A stretch of 64,000 nt of DNA from Candidatus Krumholzibacteriota bacterium (GCA_024275485.1 JAJRZA010000037.1:5241-69240); one strand, 5' to 3'. Positions 19,941 to 29,826 are shown, numbered from the stretch's first letter. Notes: generated by a model from the sequence alone, not told the origin. Numbers and translations: made by a program.

Positions 19941-21148
19941 GCCGGTTCTCCAGGCTGTTTTTCGAAAATCTCGATGTTCACGCCACGTTTTCGCAACAGT
20001 TCGATCATGCGGTCACCGGGCACGATGAGCTCCTGTTGTTTGGCTCCCGGTGCGGAAATTTCTCCGCTGGCCAGCAATTGGGCAATGATGGCCGCGGGGT
20101 AGCCGGTCATGCGCATCATGGCCGAGATGTCGTTTTGCTCGTCGTGGTGGTCGATGATGCGCACCGTGCGGCGGATGGCCCTGTCGCCATCCTCATATCC
20201 TACCACTTCGGCCTGTAGCAGAACCACATCGGGTCCGGGCAGGGCAAGTTTCTCATCCATCAGCTGAGCCAGCATTTCCCTGGGCGACATTTTCCCCTCG
20301 GAACCCTGCCTCGGTGTAGAGTCGCACAACCCCAAATCGAAAAGCAATTTGAATTGTGCGCAATGGCCTTTGTAGCGGATGGTTTTGTAGTCCAAGTCGG
20401 GAACCCGGCCGGCCAGGGTCTGGGGCAGGGTGGAGGTACCACCGCTGGTTTGAAAAGCCTCCAGATCGCCAAAAGGCTCTGGGAAACGCAAGGTTTCCAG
20501 TTCACTCAGCGAAGGCACTGTTTTCAATTTCCCGTTGCGTATCACCACCGCAGGCTCAATGTATTCGTTGATCAGACCCTGCACCGAAAAGACGACTTTG
20601 TAGTTCATGGGCGGCAGGGGCTTGGCGGGCAGCCCACCAACCCGGAGTTTGAGCGAGTCGGTTTTTTCCAACCCATCCACCAGCCAATAACCAAGGATCC
20701 CGGCCAGTCCGGGTGCCAAACCACAATCAGGGACAATGGTCACGCCAGCGGCTTTGGCTTCCTCATCCAACTCGAATTCCCGGGCCACGATGTCGTTGTT
20801 GCCGCCCAAGTCAAGGAAGTGGGCCTTGCCGGCCACCGCAAGGGCTGCCAAATCTGCGTTGTACCAATAATTCACGGCGCTGATGGCGACATCGGCCTCT
20901 TCCATGAGTGGGGCCAGGGTGTCGGCATCGCGCACGTCGCCACAAACGGTTTGCAAACGGGGGTCATTCAGGCGAGCGGCCAGCTTTTCCAGGGATTCCG
21001 TATTTCCGTCCATCACGGTCAAACCAGCGGTGCCTTCGGCCTGGTTCAGCAAATCGTGGGCAATGGCGGTGCCTTGCAGGCCAGCGCCGAGGAGGAGGTA
21101 TTTCAAGGTCTTGGACTCCTGTGATTGGGTGTGATGATCCTGCCCCAA
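19937..21148 (-). CDS. Saccharopine dehydrogenase-family NAD(P) oxidoreductase (possibly carboxynorspermidine-dehydrogenase-like)
   Basis: Rossmann motif LLLGAGLQGTAIAHDL plus a Sacchrp_dh-like C-terminal domain. TTG start. Confidence 0.7.
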   Translation of the reverse strand: MGQDHHTQSQESKTLKYLLLGAGLQGTAIAHDLLNQAEGTAGLTVMDGNTESLEKLAARLNDPRLQTVCGDVRDADTLAPLMEEADVAISAVNYWYNADLAALAVAGKAHFLDLGGNNDIVAREFELDEEAKAAGVTIVPDCGLAPGLAGILGYWLVDGLEKTDSLKLRVGGLPAKPLPPMNYKVVFSVQGLINEYIEPAVVIRNGKLKTVPSLSELETLRFPEPFGDLEAFQTSGGTSTLPQTLAGRVPDLDYKTIRYKGHCAQFKLLFDLGLCDSTPRQGSEGKMSPREMLAQLMDEKLALPGPDVVLLQAEVVGYEDGDRAIRRTVRIIDHHDEQNDISAMMRMTGYPAAIIAQLLASGEISAPGAKQQELIVPGDRMIELLRKRGVNIEIFEKQPGEPA

Positions 21149-21263
21149 AGAATAATCGCTTTGGGAGCTTTTTCAATGGCTTTGACCTATGCTGTTCCGC
21201 AGGCTACTATCTTCCAGTACGGTAATTTCCAACCGGAACCTCATCAAGAAAACAGGAGAGCTC

Positions 21264-22154
21264 ATGGACGCCAAAGTTCTGCAGCAGAATCTCCTCGAGC
21301 TCATCCGCCGCACCAGCTGTCAGCTGCCGACGGATGTGGCCCGGGTCATCGACAAGGGATGGCGCAGGGAGAAAAAGGATTCGTCGGGCAAGTACGCCTT
21401 GGCAGTGATTCGCGACAACATCGGCATGGCAAGGGACAAGAGTCAGCCTCTTTGTCAGGACACGGGGGTCATCATTTGTTATGTGGAACTGCCATCGTGG
21501 CTGAACGAAAAAACGTTCAAGATGGCCTATGACAAGGCTGTCGTGCGAGCCACGAAAGTTGGTTACCTGCGACAGAATTCCGTGGACTCCATCACTGGTG
21601 AAAATTCAGGGAACAACCTCGGCCCCGGCAACCCCAGCTACCATTTTCATCCGGCTAAAGGCAAGAGCCTAAAGGTGCGCATGATGCTCAAGGGTGGCGG
21701 CTGTGAGAACATGAGCATCCAGTACAGTTTACCGGACAACCGCATCGGCGCAGGCCGTGATTTGGCGGGAGTGCGCAAGTGCCTGCTCGACGCCGTGCTC
21801 AACGCCCAGGGCAAAGGTTGCGGACCCGGTATTCTGGGTGTGTGCATCGGTGGCGACCGGGGAAGCGGATATGTGGCTGCCAAAGAAGAATTCTTTCGCA
21901 CTCTGGACGATAAAAATGAAGACAAGCGTTTGGCCAAACTGGAAAAACAGATCCTTGATGAAGCCAATACCCTGGGCATCGGTCCCATGGGCTTTGGTGG
22001 CGAGACCACTTTACTGGGTGTGAAGATCACTCATCGTAACCGCGTGCCCGCGTCATTCTTTGTTTCGGTTTCCTACATGTGCTGGGCTTTCCGTCGCAAT
22101 GGAATCATGATGAACGAAAAAGGGAAGATTTCCCGCTGGCTGTACGAATCCTAG
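21264..22154 (+). CDS. Fe-S hydro-lyase (class I fumarate/tartrate dehydratase), alpha subunit
   Basis: CQDTGV motif and conserved GGGCENMS and GICIGGDRGSGY blocks. ATG with an AGGAGAG RBS. Confidence 0.85.
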   Translation: MDAKVLQQNLLELIRRTSCQLPTDVARVIDKGWRREKKDSSGKYALAVIRDNIGMARDKSQPLCQDTGVIICYVELPSWLNEKTFKMAYDKAVVRATKVGYLRQNSVDSITGENSGNNLGPGNPSYHFHPAKGKSLKVRMMLKGGGCENMSIQYSLPDNRIGAGRDLAGVRKCLLDAVLNAQGKGCGPGILGVCIGGDRGSGYVAAKEEFFRTLDDKNEDKRLAKLEKQILDEANTLGIGPMGFGGETTLLGVKITHRNRVPASFFVSVSYMCWAFRRNGIMMNEKGKISRWLYES

Positions 22155-22166
22155 GAGGCTCGGATC

Positions 22167-22733
22167 ATGTTGCTTGAAGCACCTTTTACTGAAGAGAAAA
22201 TCCGCGCCCTGAAAGTCGGCGACAAGGTAGAAATCACCGGCCTGGTTTTCACTGGTCGCGATGCGGTTCACAAATACCTGCACGACGGTGGCAAACCGCC
22301 GGTGAATCTGATGAACAGCATCATTTATCACTGCGGTCCCGTGGTTGTGAAGGAAAAAGGCAAGTGGGTGGTCAAGGCCGCCGGGCCCACCACGAGCATC
22401 CGCGAAGAACCCTACCAGGGTCCATTGATGGAGCAGTATGGTATCCGCGCCGTCATCGGCAAGGGTGGCATGGGGCCGAAAACCCTGGAGTATTGCCGGA
22501 AAGTTGGTGCTGTATATTTCCACGCCATCGGTGGTGCGGCTCAGGTTTTGGCCGAGCGGGTGGTCGAAGTACCCAATGTGCACATGGCGGAAGAGTTTGG
22601 CGCCCCGGAAGCCATCTGGGAATTCGTGGTGGACAAGTTCCCGGTGGTGGTGACCATGGACTCCCATGGAAATTCATTGCATGATCAGGTTCTGGCCGAC
22701 TCTCAGGAACGACTGAAAAAGATGATGGGTTAA
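22167..22733 (+). CDS. Fe-S hydro-lyase (class I fumarate/tartrate dehydratase), beta subunit
   Basis: Motifs TGLVFTGRDAVHK and GKGGMG, 188 aa, directly downstream of the alpha subunit. Confidence 0.85.
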   Translation: MLLEAPFTEEKIRALKVGDKVEITGLVFTGRDAVHKYLHDGGKPPVNLMNSIIYHCGPVVVKEKGKWVVKAAGPTTSIREEPYQGPLMEQYGIRAVIGKGGMGPKTLEYCRKVGAVYFHAIGGAAQVLAERVVEVPNVHMAEEFGAPEAIWEFVVDKFPVVVTMDSHGNSLHDQVLADSQERLKKMMG

Positions 22734-22734
22734 C

Positions 22735-24072
22735 TTGAAGGAGATCAATTTGTCACAGGACGTGCAAACCAACCACCAACCGGACCACCCAGAAGAGGGG
22801 CTTGGCATTTCTCTGCCAAAAATCTTGAATATTCTGCATCGGGGACGCCGCACCATTGTTTATCTGACCCTGGTCGGAGTGGTGGCGGGTCTGGCCTACG
22901 GGATCTTCACTAACCCTCTTTTTCGTGCCACGGCTCAGGTTCGTCCGGGTATTGTTTCCTATTCCGGCCAGGGTGCGCCTTTGCGTGAGTGGGCTTTGAA
23001 GGATGTGGTTCGCTGGTTCCGAACCAAACTCTACTGGGACGATATGCGCGATTTTGAACCCTATAACGAGTACAAGAGAGCGCCTATTATTTTGGCTGAT
23101 TTCATCTCTTCGGGCCCCCAGTATATGCGCGGGGGCGACGTGATCACCCTGACAAACCTGTCCACGGATCCTCTGGTGGCCGTGGATATTCTCAAGCGGG
23201 CCATTGCATCTTTCAACGAGCAGGCCAGCAGGGACAGCACCAGCAGCAGTTTGCAACTGACTCTCGGTGGAGCACTGGTTCGTCTGGATAAAATCCACAA
23301 TTCCATAGCGCGCATCGATGGAGACATCCAACGGGCTGATCTGGGTATTTTGGCACTGGAATCGGAAATCCTGACGGTTGACGCCTCCTCAAAAAAGATC
23401 GGCAACGAACTGGTCCGGCTTCAGAGCGGGCGGCTTTGGCGTGATAAGGCAGCCGAAAAATCTCTGGCCGAAGCGGAGGCTGCAAGGCTGCGTCTGGCCG
23501 AAGCTGAGACAATGCTTGAAAAATTGATGGATCTGGAAAATGAAACCCCGGAATCAGGATTTGGCCAGGGCGATGCAGTATCCAAGGTGTTGTTGCAAAC
23601 GGTCAAACGCAATGAGGCCGCCCTGGCTGGGGAACTCTTGCGCACGGTGAACCAATTGAGCGCCTATGTCTATGCCAACACCGCCAGGGCTGATACCCTG
23701 AAAGATGCCGTGGCAGGTATCGATTTGGAGATCGCCAGTTTGAAGCTGGAACAATCGGTGGATCTGGCCCAGAAGAAAAAGGCCCTGCAGTTGAAAATCG
23801 AAGAATTGAATATCAAGAAGGCTGTGGATCTTCCCCAGGATCGTTCCCTGCTGGAAACGGATTTGAAAGCCGTGCAGGTGCAAATCGATATGCTCACCCC
23901 CATTGAACAGGTCGGCAGGGTGACGGTCAGCCACAAGCCGGTGCGGCCCCGCAAAATGCGGGCTCTGACCATTTTGACTTTTCTGGCTTTCCTGGGGTCG
24001 ATATTTGTTGTTTTTGTCTGGGAATATTACCAGAAAAACAAGCACGCCATATCCGCCCGTGAGTCAGGCTGA
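22735..24072 (+). CDS. Polysaccharide co-polymerase (Wzz/GumC-like chain-length determinant, no kinase domain)
   Basis: TM helices at the N- and C-termini flank a long coiled-coil periplasmic region. TTG start. Confidence 0.65.
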   Translation: MKEINLSQDVQTNHQPDHPEEGLGISLPKILNILHRGRRTIVYLTLVGVVAGLAYGIFTNPLFRATAQVRPGIVSYSGQGAPLREWALKDVVRWFRTKLYWDDMRDFEPYNEYKRAPIILADFISSGPQYMRGGDVITLTNLSTDPLVAVDILKRAIASFNEQASRDSTSSSLQLTLGGALVRLDKIHNSIARIDGDIQRADLGILALESEILTVDASSKKIGNELVRLQSGRLWRDKAAEKSLAEAEAARLRLAEAETMLEKLMDLENETPESGFGQGDAVSKVLLQTVKRNEAALAGELLRTVNQLSAYVYANTARADTLKDAVAGIDLEIASLKLEQSVDLAQKKKALQLKIEELNIKKAVDLPQDRSLLETDLKAVQVQIDMLTPIEQVGRVTVSHKPVRPRKMRALTILTFLAFLGSIFVVFVWEYYQKNKHAISARESG

Positions 24073-25388
24073 TGAAACTGTCGAGGTTGCTGAAGTTTAT
24101 TCTTTTGACCTTGGCCTTCACCAACTCGGGAACCCTTCCTGTGGGGTTCCCACTCAAGCCATATGAAGGGGTCGGTTTCCTGGCCCTTTTCCTCTTGTTG
24201 ATCAGCGGCACCAGCATCAAGCTGGGATGCAACCAGCGCATCCCCCTGTTGTGGGGGGTTTTTTTCTTTGGCAGCCTTGTTGCTTCGGCCTGGGGTATCT
24301 ACGAATTGCTCAGCAGCGATCTGAGCATGTTGGAATGGGCCCAGGGCAGGTACAATCCTCTGGTCAATACCATTTTCCACTACGTCTATCTTGCCTTTGA
24401 CATTGGTTTACTGGTTATGTTTCTGCATGCGTTGCACTCTCGACTGCTGACCCCGGAAGAGTTTTGCCGTTATTGGTTGTATGGTGCCCTCATTGCGGTT
24501 GTTTACGCAGTAGCCTTGAATCTTGTTTTGGCCATGGGATTGCCCGCCAGTGTTTTGCTGCGTTGGGACAAGGTTCAGTTCATGGACGTCCTTGGAGTTT
24601 CCATGGCGCGAACGGGCCCCTTTGAAGAGGGCAACTATTTTGGACTCTATCTATTGGTTTCCACTGTGATTGCACTTTGGGCAGGCAGAAAATGGCCTAC
24701 TGCATTTTTTAAGATGATGATCCCGGTTCTCATACTTGGCACTGCCATCACTGCTTCCCCGGCAGCCCTTTTGGGTGTCATGACACTGATTTTTGTCGCG
24801 GTGGTTTCCGGGAGTGTTTCGCAGGTGGTCCGTCAGTTGGCCGTCATCAGCGGTGTGATCGTGTTGGGGATATTGATTCAGACCGGTCTGTTTCAAACCC
24901 TGGTCCTGGACAAGTTCAGCTTGTTGTTTGTGGGGGGAGTAACAGATACCCAGAATGTTTCACTCGTTCAGCGACTCAACGAATCCTACCACGCCTGGCA
25001 AATGTTCCTGGACCATCCCCAAGGCGTTGGAATGGGGAACTTCGGCTATTTCTTTGGCCATTACCCCGATCTCTACACCTGGTTGATTACTGATTTCAAC
25101 AATTTCAAACCCATTGCCAACAATGTTTATCTGGAAGTACTCAGCGAGCACGGCCTGATTGTTTTTCTGCTGTTTGTGTATTTGTTGTACAGCATGGTCA
25201 AAGGCCTTTTGCAAAAGAAGGAATTGATGGTGGCTGCAGGGATGGTCTTATTGTGTGTCTACTTTGTGGCTTTCCCCACTTTTAGACTTTCATTGATCTG
25301 GGTGTTCTGGGCTTTTGTTGTCTATCTGGGCAGCAATCAAATCAGTCGTCTGAATCGCAGCAATGGCCAGGAAGCTGCCAGCAAATAA
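24072..25388 (+). CDS. Wzy-like O-antigen/polysaccharide polymerase (Wzy_C family)
   Basis: Polytopic, with R..GPFEEGNYFG and a NNVYLEVLSEHGLI motif. ATG overlaps the Wzz stop (TGATG). Confidence 0.55.
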   Translation: MKLSRLLKFILLTLAFTNSGTLPVGFPLKPYEGVGFLALFLLLISGTSIKLGCNQRIPLLWGVFFFGSLVASAWGIYELLSSDLSMLEWAQGRYNPLVNTIFHYVYLAFDIGLLVMFLHALHSRLLTPEEFCRYWLYGALIAVVYAVALNLVLAMGLPASVLLRWDKVQFMDVLGVSMARTGPFEEGNYFGLYLLVSTVIALWAGRKWPTAFFKMMIPVLILGTAITASPAALLGVMTLIFVAVVSGSVSQVVRQLAVISGVIVLGILIQTGLFQTLVLDKFSLLFVGGVTDTQNVSLVQRLNESYHAWQMFLDHPQGVGMGNFGYFFGHYPDLYTWLITDFNNFKPIANNVYLEVLSEHGLIVFLLFVYLLYSMVKGLLQKKELMVAAGMVLLCVYFVAFPTFRLSLIWVFWAFVVYLGSNQISRLNRSNGQEAASK

Positions 25389-26755
25389 ACCGCGCCGCCC
25401 ATCACGATCCTGTAGAAAACCATCCATGAATCCATCCAGACGACCACCAGAGTCATCAGGACCAGGGCAGGGATGAGTGCAATAATCGTCTTGAAAAACA
25501 AACTGGAAAAACGATGCCGCAGCAGGAATCCCAGCAAAACAAGAAGCACAAAATGACTGCAGGCCATGGCCAGGCTGGCACCAATTCCTCCGAATCTGGG
25601 AATGAGGACAAGGTTGCCTGCAATGGCCACCAGGGCACTGATCAGCAGCGGCGGAAAATATCGCCTTTGCCTATCTTCCGATACCAGGGTATTACCGAAA
25701 AACGTTCCCACGGCCAGCATGGTGTAACTGATGGATAAAACCTGGAAAACTCCTCCGGAATGCGGAAACTGATCGGGATAAAGCTCTCCCATCAGGTCGT
25801 TGCCGAGCAGAAAACCGCCCACGGCAATTGGCAGCAAACCTGCCAGGACAAATCCCAGGTACATGTTGAAGGCCCGATGAAAACCGGTGATGTCGGTTTT
25901 GGCCAGGCGGGAAAAGCTGGGCAGCAGGGCGTTCCAAAGAACCTCAATGACGACCATCAACAAAAAGATGATGCGCATGGCTGCCGCATATCCGCCGACC
26001 ACCGCCGGAGTGGCGAGAATCCCCAGGATGATGATGTCGATGTTCAGCAATACACGCTGAACAACGATATTGCCACCCATGGGCAGGGTTTCATGGAGCC
26101 GACGCCTTATTTCGGGCACCTCGGGCAAGGCCGGCAAGAGAACCCGACCGAACCAGCGGGCAAGAGGGATGCCGATAACCAGATTACTGCCCAGGACCGC
26201 CGCCAGATAGAGGACCGGGACCAAACGATGGGCAGTCAGTCCCGTCAATTTTTCCAATGGAACCAGCAGTACCAATACGAACAATGCGTACAAAAGGCTG
26301 AGGGCGGTCTTGGCCAGCCCAACCCAGGTCATGCGTTCAAGGCCCATGGCCACCCAGGAGAGCATAAAGATTTGCGGAATCACTGCACCGAGGTAGACGA
26401 GGAAAACAAAAGGGTCTTCCTGGTAGAATGGCAGGTGCGGCAGCAGGACCAGCCCGGCGCAGAACACAACCACCGCCTGCATGGTCAGCATGCCCATGTG
26501 GGTTCGGGCGTATCTCAAAATTGATGGTGGGTCATCAAGTCGGGACACTTCACGTATTCCCAGGGAGAACATGCCCCACTCGGCGGTGATCAGGGCGTAG
26601 GCCATGAAAGTTACCCCGATCTGCACCACACCAAACCAGTGGGCACCCAAATGCTTGGCCAGATAAATCAGGGCCCAGACATTGAGCAGCTGGCTGGCCA
26701 CCTGTCCAGTGGTCAGAATGCTGAGGTTGTGCAAGACGCCCTTGGTTCCGCGCAT
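25337..26755 (-). CDS. Wzx-type oligosaccharide flippase (MOP/PST family)
   Basis: About 14 TM helices in a PST-family pattern. Start moved to the ATG at 26755 (MRGTKGVLHNLSILTTGQVASQLLN). Convergent with Wzy and overlaps it at the 3' end. Confidence 0.7.
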   Translation of the reverse strand: MRGTKGVLHNLSILTTGQVASQLLNVWALIYLAKHLGAHWFGVVQIGVTFMAYALITAEWGMFSLGIREVSRLDDPPSILRYARTHMGMLTMQAVVVFCAGLVLLPHLPFYQEDPFVFLVYLGAVIPQIFMLSWVAMGLERMTWVGLAKTALSLLYALFVLVLLVPLEKLTGLTAHRLVPVLYLAAVLGSNLVIGIPLARWFGRVLLPALPEVPEIRRRLHETLPMGGNIVVQRVLLNIDIIILGILATPAVVGGYAAAMRIIFLLMVVIEVLWNALLPSFSRLAKTDITGFHRAFNMYLGFVLAGLLPIAVGGFLLGNDLMGELYPDQFPHSGGVFQVLSISYTMLAVGTFFGNTLVSEDRQRRYFPPLLISALVAIAGNLVLIPRFGGIGASLAMACSHFVLLVLLGFLLRHRFSSLFFKTIIALIPALVLMTLVVVWMDSWMVFYRIVMGGAVYLLAASWPLLRFRRLI

Positions 26756-26858
26756 TTTCGGTGAAGTCCTTTCGTGGGGTGGAACTTTAGGCTTCAGCTT
26801 GCGCACCGTCAAGGGCTGGACATGGTAAAGGGGATGCTTGTATATTCCGCCCTGAACG

Positions 26859-28121
26859 ATGACGTCCTGTGAAATTTCAAACATGATGAGGAAAATTATG
26901 CCCGGGTGGGCGAAACATTTGCGGGTCATTCCCCTCATGCTGTTGGCTTTGGTGCTGCCTGTTTCGGTCAGTGCGTCTTCAGTAGCCATTGGCATCATCT
27001 ATGCCACGGCTCTGGGGATTTTGCTGTGGCAGAGGGATTGGTCTCTTTTGCCTCCCCGATCGGTCCTGTTTGCCTTGGCTGCCTATCTTTTGATTCCCGC
27101 CGTGGCCACGGCGTTCTCCGCTCCCTATTTACCTCATTGGAACAAGGTAGTTGAAGAATCCTGGCTGAAACTGCTGGTGATGGCGGTGCCGGTGTTGCTG
27201 TCCGGACACCGCAAAAGCATTGTGCCCATTTTGCGGGTTACCCTGGTGATTTCCACCTTGGTATCCTTTTATGCGATCTGGCAGCACTTTTACGGACAGG
27301 ACCTTGTCCGCGACCGCAGCTTGATGACCGAGTGGGGGCATTTCGAATCCGTAGGGTTCTTTGGCCACAAGCTGAGTTATGGCGGGCAACTGATGCTGAT
27401 CCTTCTGGTGGGCATCTCACTGGCTTTCAGGGAGGGGTTCAACCGGTGGCGACTCTTGTACATTACCGCTTTGGGGCTTTTGGGGCTGGCCTTGTTATGG
27501 TCCTATGCCCGCAGTGCACAAATCGGCCTTTGGGTGGGTATGCTGGTCATTTTGTTGGCCTGGTCAGGCTGGCGTCGTCGGGTGGGGATTGGTTTGATTG
27601 TGATGCCGATCCTGGCCATCGGGGCCCTGCCGGTGGTCCGCACCCACTTTTGGCAACTGTTTTCCCTGGAAAGGAACATTACTCGGCTCAACTTGTGGGA
27701 AAGTTCCTGGCAAGGCATCAAGAGCCGTCCCTGGCTGGGTTTTGGTCCGGGTAATTTTGAGGACATGATGGCCCGATTCGAGGTGGATGGATTTTACAAC
27801 GCCCGGTCTCATTCCCACCATGATTTTCTAATGCATGGCGTCAACAGCGGACTGCTGGGAGTGCTGGCGGCCCTGGCCCTTTTGCTGACCGTGTCATGGC
27901 TGATGTGGAGGGTTTGGCGGCAGGGTGGGCCCAATGCCTGGTTGGCCTTGGCTTGTCTGGCGGCCCAAGCGGCCATCACTGTGGCGGGTTTCTTTCAGGT
28001 CTATCAAACCGACGATGAAGTTGAAATGATGCTGTATTTCCTGCTGGGTTGCGGCCTGGCCCTTGTGGGCAAAGAACCCCACAAGGATACGTCAACCCTG
28101 AACCCATCATCAATTCATTAG
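26859..28121 (+). CDS. O-antigen ligase family protein (WaaL-like, Wzy_C)
   Basis: Motifs YARSAQIGLWVGML and HSHHDFLMHGVNSGLLG (H-x-H-N/D-x-F-L...G..G). Confidence 0.7.
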   Translation: MTSCEISNMMRKIMPGWAKHLRVIPLMLLALVLPVSVSASSVAIGIIYATALGILLWQRDWSLLPPRSVLFALAAYLLIPAVATAFSAPYLPHWNKVVEESWLKLLVMAVPVLLSGHRKSIVPILRVTLVISTLVSFYAIWQHFYGQDLVRDRSLMTEWGHFESVGFFGHKLSYGGQLMLILLVGISLAFREGFNRWRLLYITALGLLGLALLWSYARSAQIGLWVGMLVILLAWSGWRRRVGIGLIVMPILAIGALPVVRTHFWQLFSLERNITRLNLWESSWQGIKSRPWLGFGPGNFEDMMARFEVDGFYNARSHSHHDFLMHGVNSGLLGVLAALALLLTVSWLMWRVWRQGGPNAWLALACLAAQAAITVAGFFQVYQTDDEVEMMLYFLLGCGLALVGKEPHKDTSTLNPSSIH

Positions 28122-28140
28122 ATTACCACCGAGGGAAACC

Positions 28141-28797
28141 ATGAAAAAAATACACTACAGTACGCAGGGACAAAATCCATCGGATCTGGTTCATTTGGAC
28201 TGGTTGCGAAGTCTTGGTGTTGAAGATGTCCAAGGGCTGAACATTCTGGATCTGGGTTGTGGATCCGGATATCTCTGCAATAAATTTAAGTCTGACGGTG
28301 CACGGAATATTGTGGGCGTTGATATTGAACGGCCGGTTGATTTTGTTTTTGACGACGAAAAGCTGCAATTTTTACAGTTGGACCTGAACGCCCCGGATTG
28401 GGCTGGTCATCTAACGTCCAAATCTGATTTTCAAAAATTCGATCTGATTTTGGCTTTTGATATTGTAGAACATTTGAATGCTCCGAGCGATTTTTTAAAG
28501 AATATCAACAGTCTTCTCGCTGATTCAGGTCAGTTGGTTTTGACAACTCCAAACACCAATAGCTGGGAGTGTTTGTGTTTCCCAAAAAACTGGTCCGGAG
28601 CAAAGGACCCCGATCACCTTACATTATTCAATACCTATAGTTTGAGTTTTATTCTGGAAAGAACCGGTTTTGAGATCAGGAAAATCCAGGCCCGGATCAA
28701 CAAGCTGGGGCCTTTTGCGCCCCTGATTCCCAACTGGGGAGGACAGCTTCTGTCTTTAAGCCGAAAGGATTCCCAAGCAGGGAATGCTGGACAATGA
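28141..28797 (+). CDS. Class I SAM-dependent methyltransferase
   Basis: Motif I ILDLGCGSGYL and motif II DLILAFDIVEHL. Confidence 0.8.
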   Translation: MKKIHYSTQGQNPSDLVHLDWLRSLGVEDVQGLNILDLGCGSGYLCNKFKSDGARNIVGVDIERPVDFVFDDEKLQFLQLDLNAPDWAGHLTSKSDFQKFDLILAFDIVEHLNAPSDFLKNINSLLADSGQLVLTTPNTNSWECLCFPKNWSGAKDPDHLTLFNTYSLSFILERTGFEIRKIQARINKLGPFAPLIPNWGGQLLSLSRKDSQAGNAGQ

Positions 28798-28913
28798 GGT
28801 CAGTCCATTCTTGAAAACCGGGGCCGGTTGTGCGAAAGTATCCACCATCGGCGGCAATGTCGGTCTCATTTTTTTGCTCCTAGTTCAAGTGTAAGTTCAA
28901 GAGAGGATTCTTC

Positions 28914-29462
28914 ATGCGTAAATTCGCCATGATCAATTTGGCCCTCCTGGTGGTAGCCGGTTTGCTTGTCGCCGGTTGCAATGATACTGAAACCGTCGAA
29001 GAAAAACCCTGGGTCGTTGCCGAGCCGGGTCTCAGCTTCATTGACTCTGTCGTGGGGTCGGGCGACGTTTGCAAGGCGGACGATTTTGTGGAAGTCCATT
29101 ATACCGGCTGGCTCTGGGAAGCAGATGAAAGAGGGCAACTGGGCAAAGGCAAGCAATTCGACAGCTCCGTCCAGCGCGGCACCCCCATTGCTTTTCCACT
29201 GGGCATGAGCATGGTGATCCCGGGCTGGGACAAGGGCCTGATCGGCATGAAGGTGGGCGGCAAGCGCTCCCTGCTGATCGAACCGGCCATGGGTTTCGGC
29301 GAAAACGGTCGTCCCCCGGTCATTCCTCCCAGTAGCACTCTCTTTTTCGATGTGGAACTGGTCAGCCTGCCCAGGCTGGAATTCGAGACCCTTGAAGATG
29401 GTACCGGTCCCGTGGCTGAACTGGGCGACCAGGTCAACATGAACTACACCGGCTGGTTATAG
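28914..29462 (+). CDS. FKBP-type peptidyl-prolyl cis-trans isomerase lipoprotein (first, intact FKBP domain)
   Basis: Lipobox LLVAGC and an FKBP domain (VHYTGWL...FDSS...IPGWDKGLIGMKVGGKR...FDVELV). Ends at the TAG at 29460..29462. Confidence 0.8.
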   Translation: MRKFAMINLALLVVAGLLVAGCNDTETVEEKPWVVAEPGLSFIDSVVGSGDVCKADDFVEVHYTGWLWEADERGQLGKGKQFDSSVQRGTPIAFPLGMSMVIPGWDKGLIGMKVGGKRSLLIEPAMGFGENGRPPVIPPSSTLFFDVELVSLPRLEFETLEDGTGPVAELGDQVNMNYTGWL

Positions 29463-29710
29463 GAGAACGGTGCCAAGGGCACTCAGTTCGATTCCTCCAC
29501 CAAGACCGGCCGGCCATTCAAGTTCACCCTGGGTGCGGGGCAGGTCATTCCGGGCTGGGACAAGGGCATTGAAGGCATGAAAGTGGGCCAAAAAGCCCGT
29601 TTGATCATTCCGCCGAGCATGGGTTACGGTGCCCGGGGCAGTGGGGGTCGTATTCCCCCCAACGCAACGCTCTGCTTTGATGTTGAACTGGTCAGCATTG
29701 AAGGGAAATA
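29463..29710 (+). pseudogene. Second FKBP domain in frame after an in-frame TAG (tandem-FKBP gene apparently truncated)
   Basis: Directly after the TAG the same frame encodes [82 protein letters not shown]. The TAG falls where domain 1 has Trp (YTGWLW / YTGWL*). Confidence 0.7.
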
Positions 29711-29794
29711 GCTGGGATTTTGCTTAATTTGATAAAATTCTGGGGTTTTGCTTGCCAGAAAGTCCCATATCTGCTAAATTTGCTCCGCTTTTGG

Positions 29795-29826
29795 GCAGAC
29801 GTTTCTTTTGAGGCGTCTGCTCTTTA
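29795..29826 (+). terminator. Candidate intrinsic terminator after the FKBP gene (GCAGACG...CGTCTGC then TCTTTA)
   Basis: 7-bp perfect stem and 12-nt loop, with a weak T-tract. Confidence 0.35.

Noticed and set aside
19185-20102. 305-aa ORF antisense to the saccharopine-dehydrogenase-family gene, and similar long antisense ORFs (40006..41541, 59419..60126, 60133..60909, 20354..21124)
   Set aside because: These are typical high-GC shadow ORFs: Gly/Ala/Arg/His-rich and low-complexity, with no motifs, and fully overlapped by well-supported genes on the opposite strand.
28866-28913. Direct repeat AGTTCAAG x2 and palindrome AACCGG-GG-CCGGTT upstream of the FKBP gene, considered as an operator or terminator
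   Set aside because: The elements are very short, there is no adjacent T-tract, and such matches are expected by chance.
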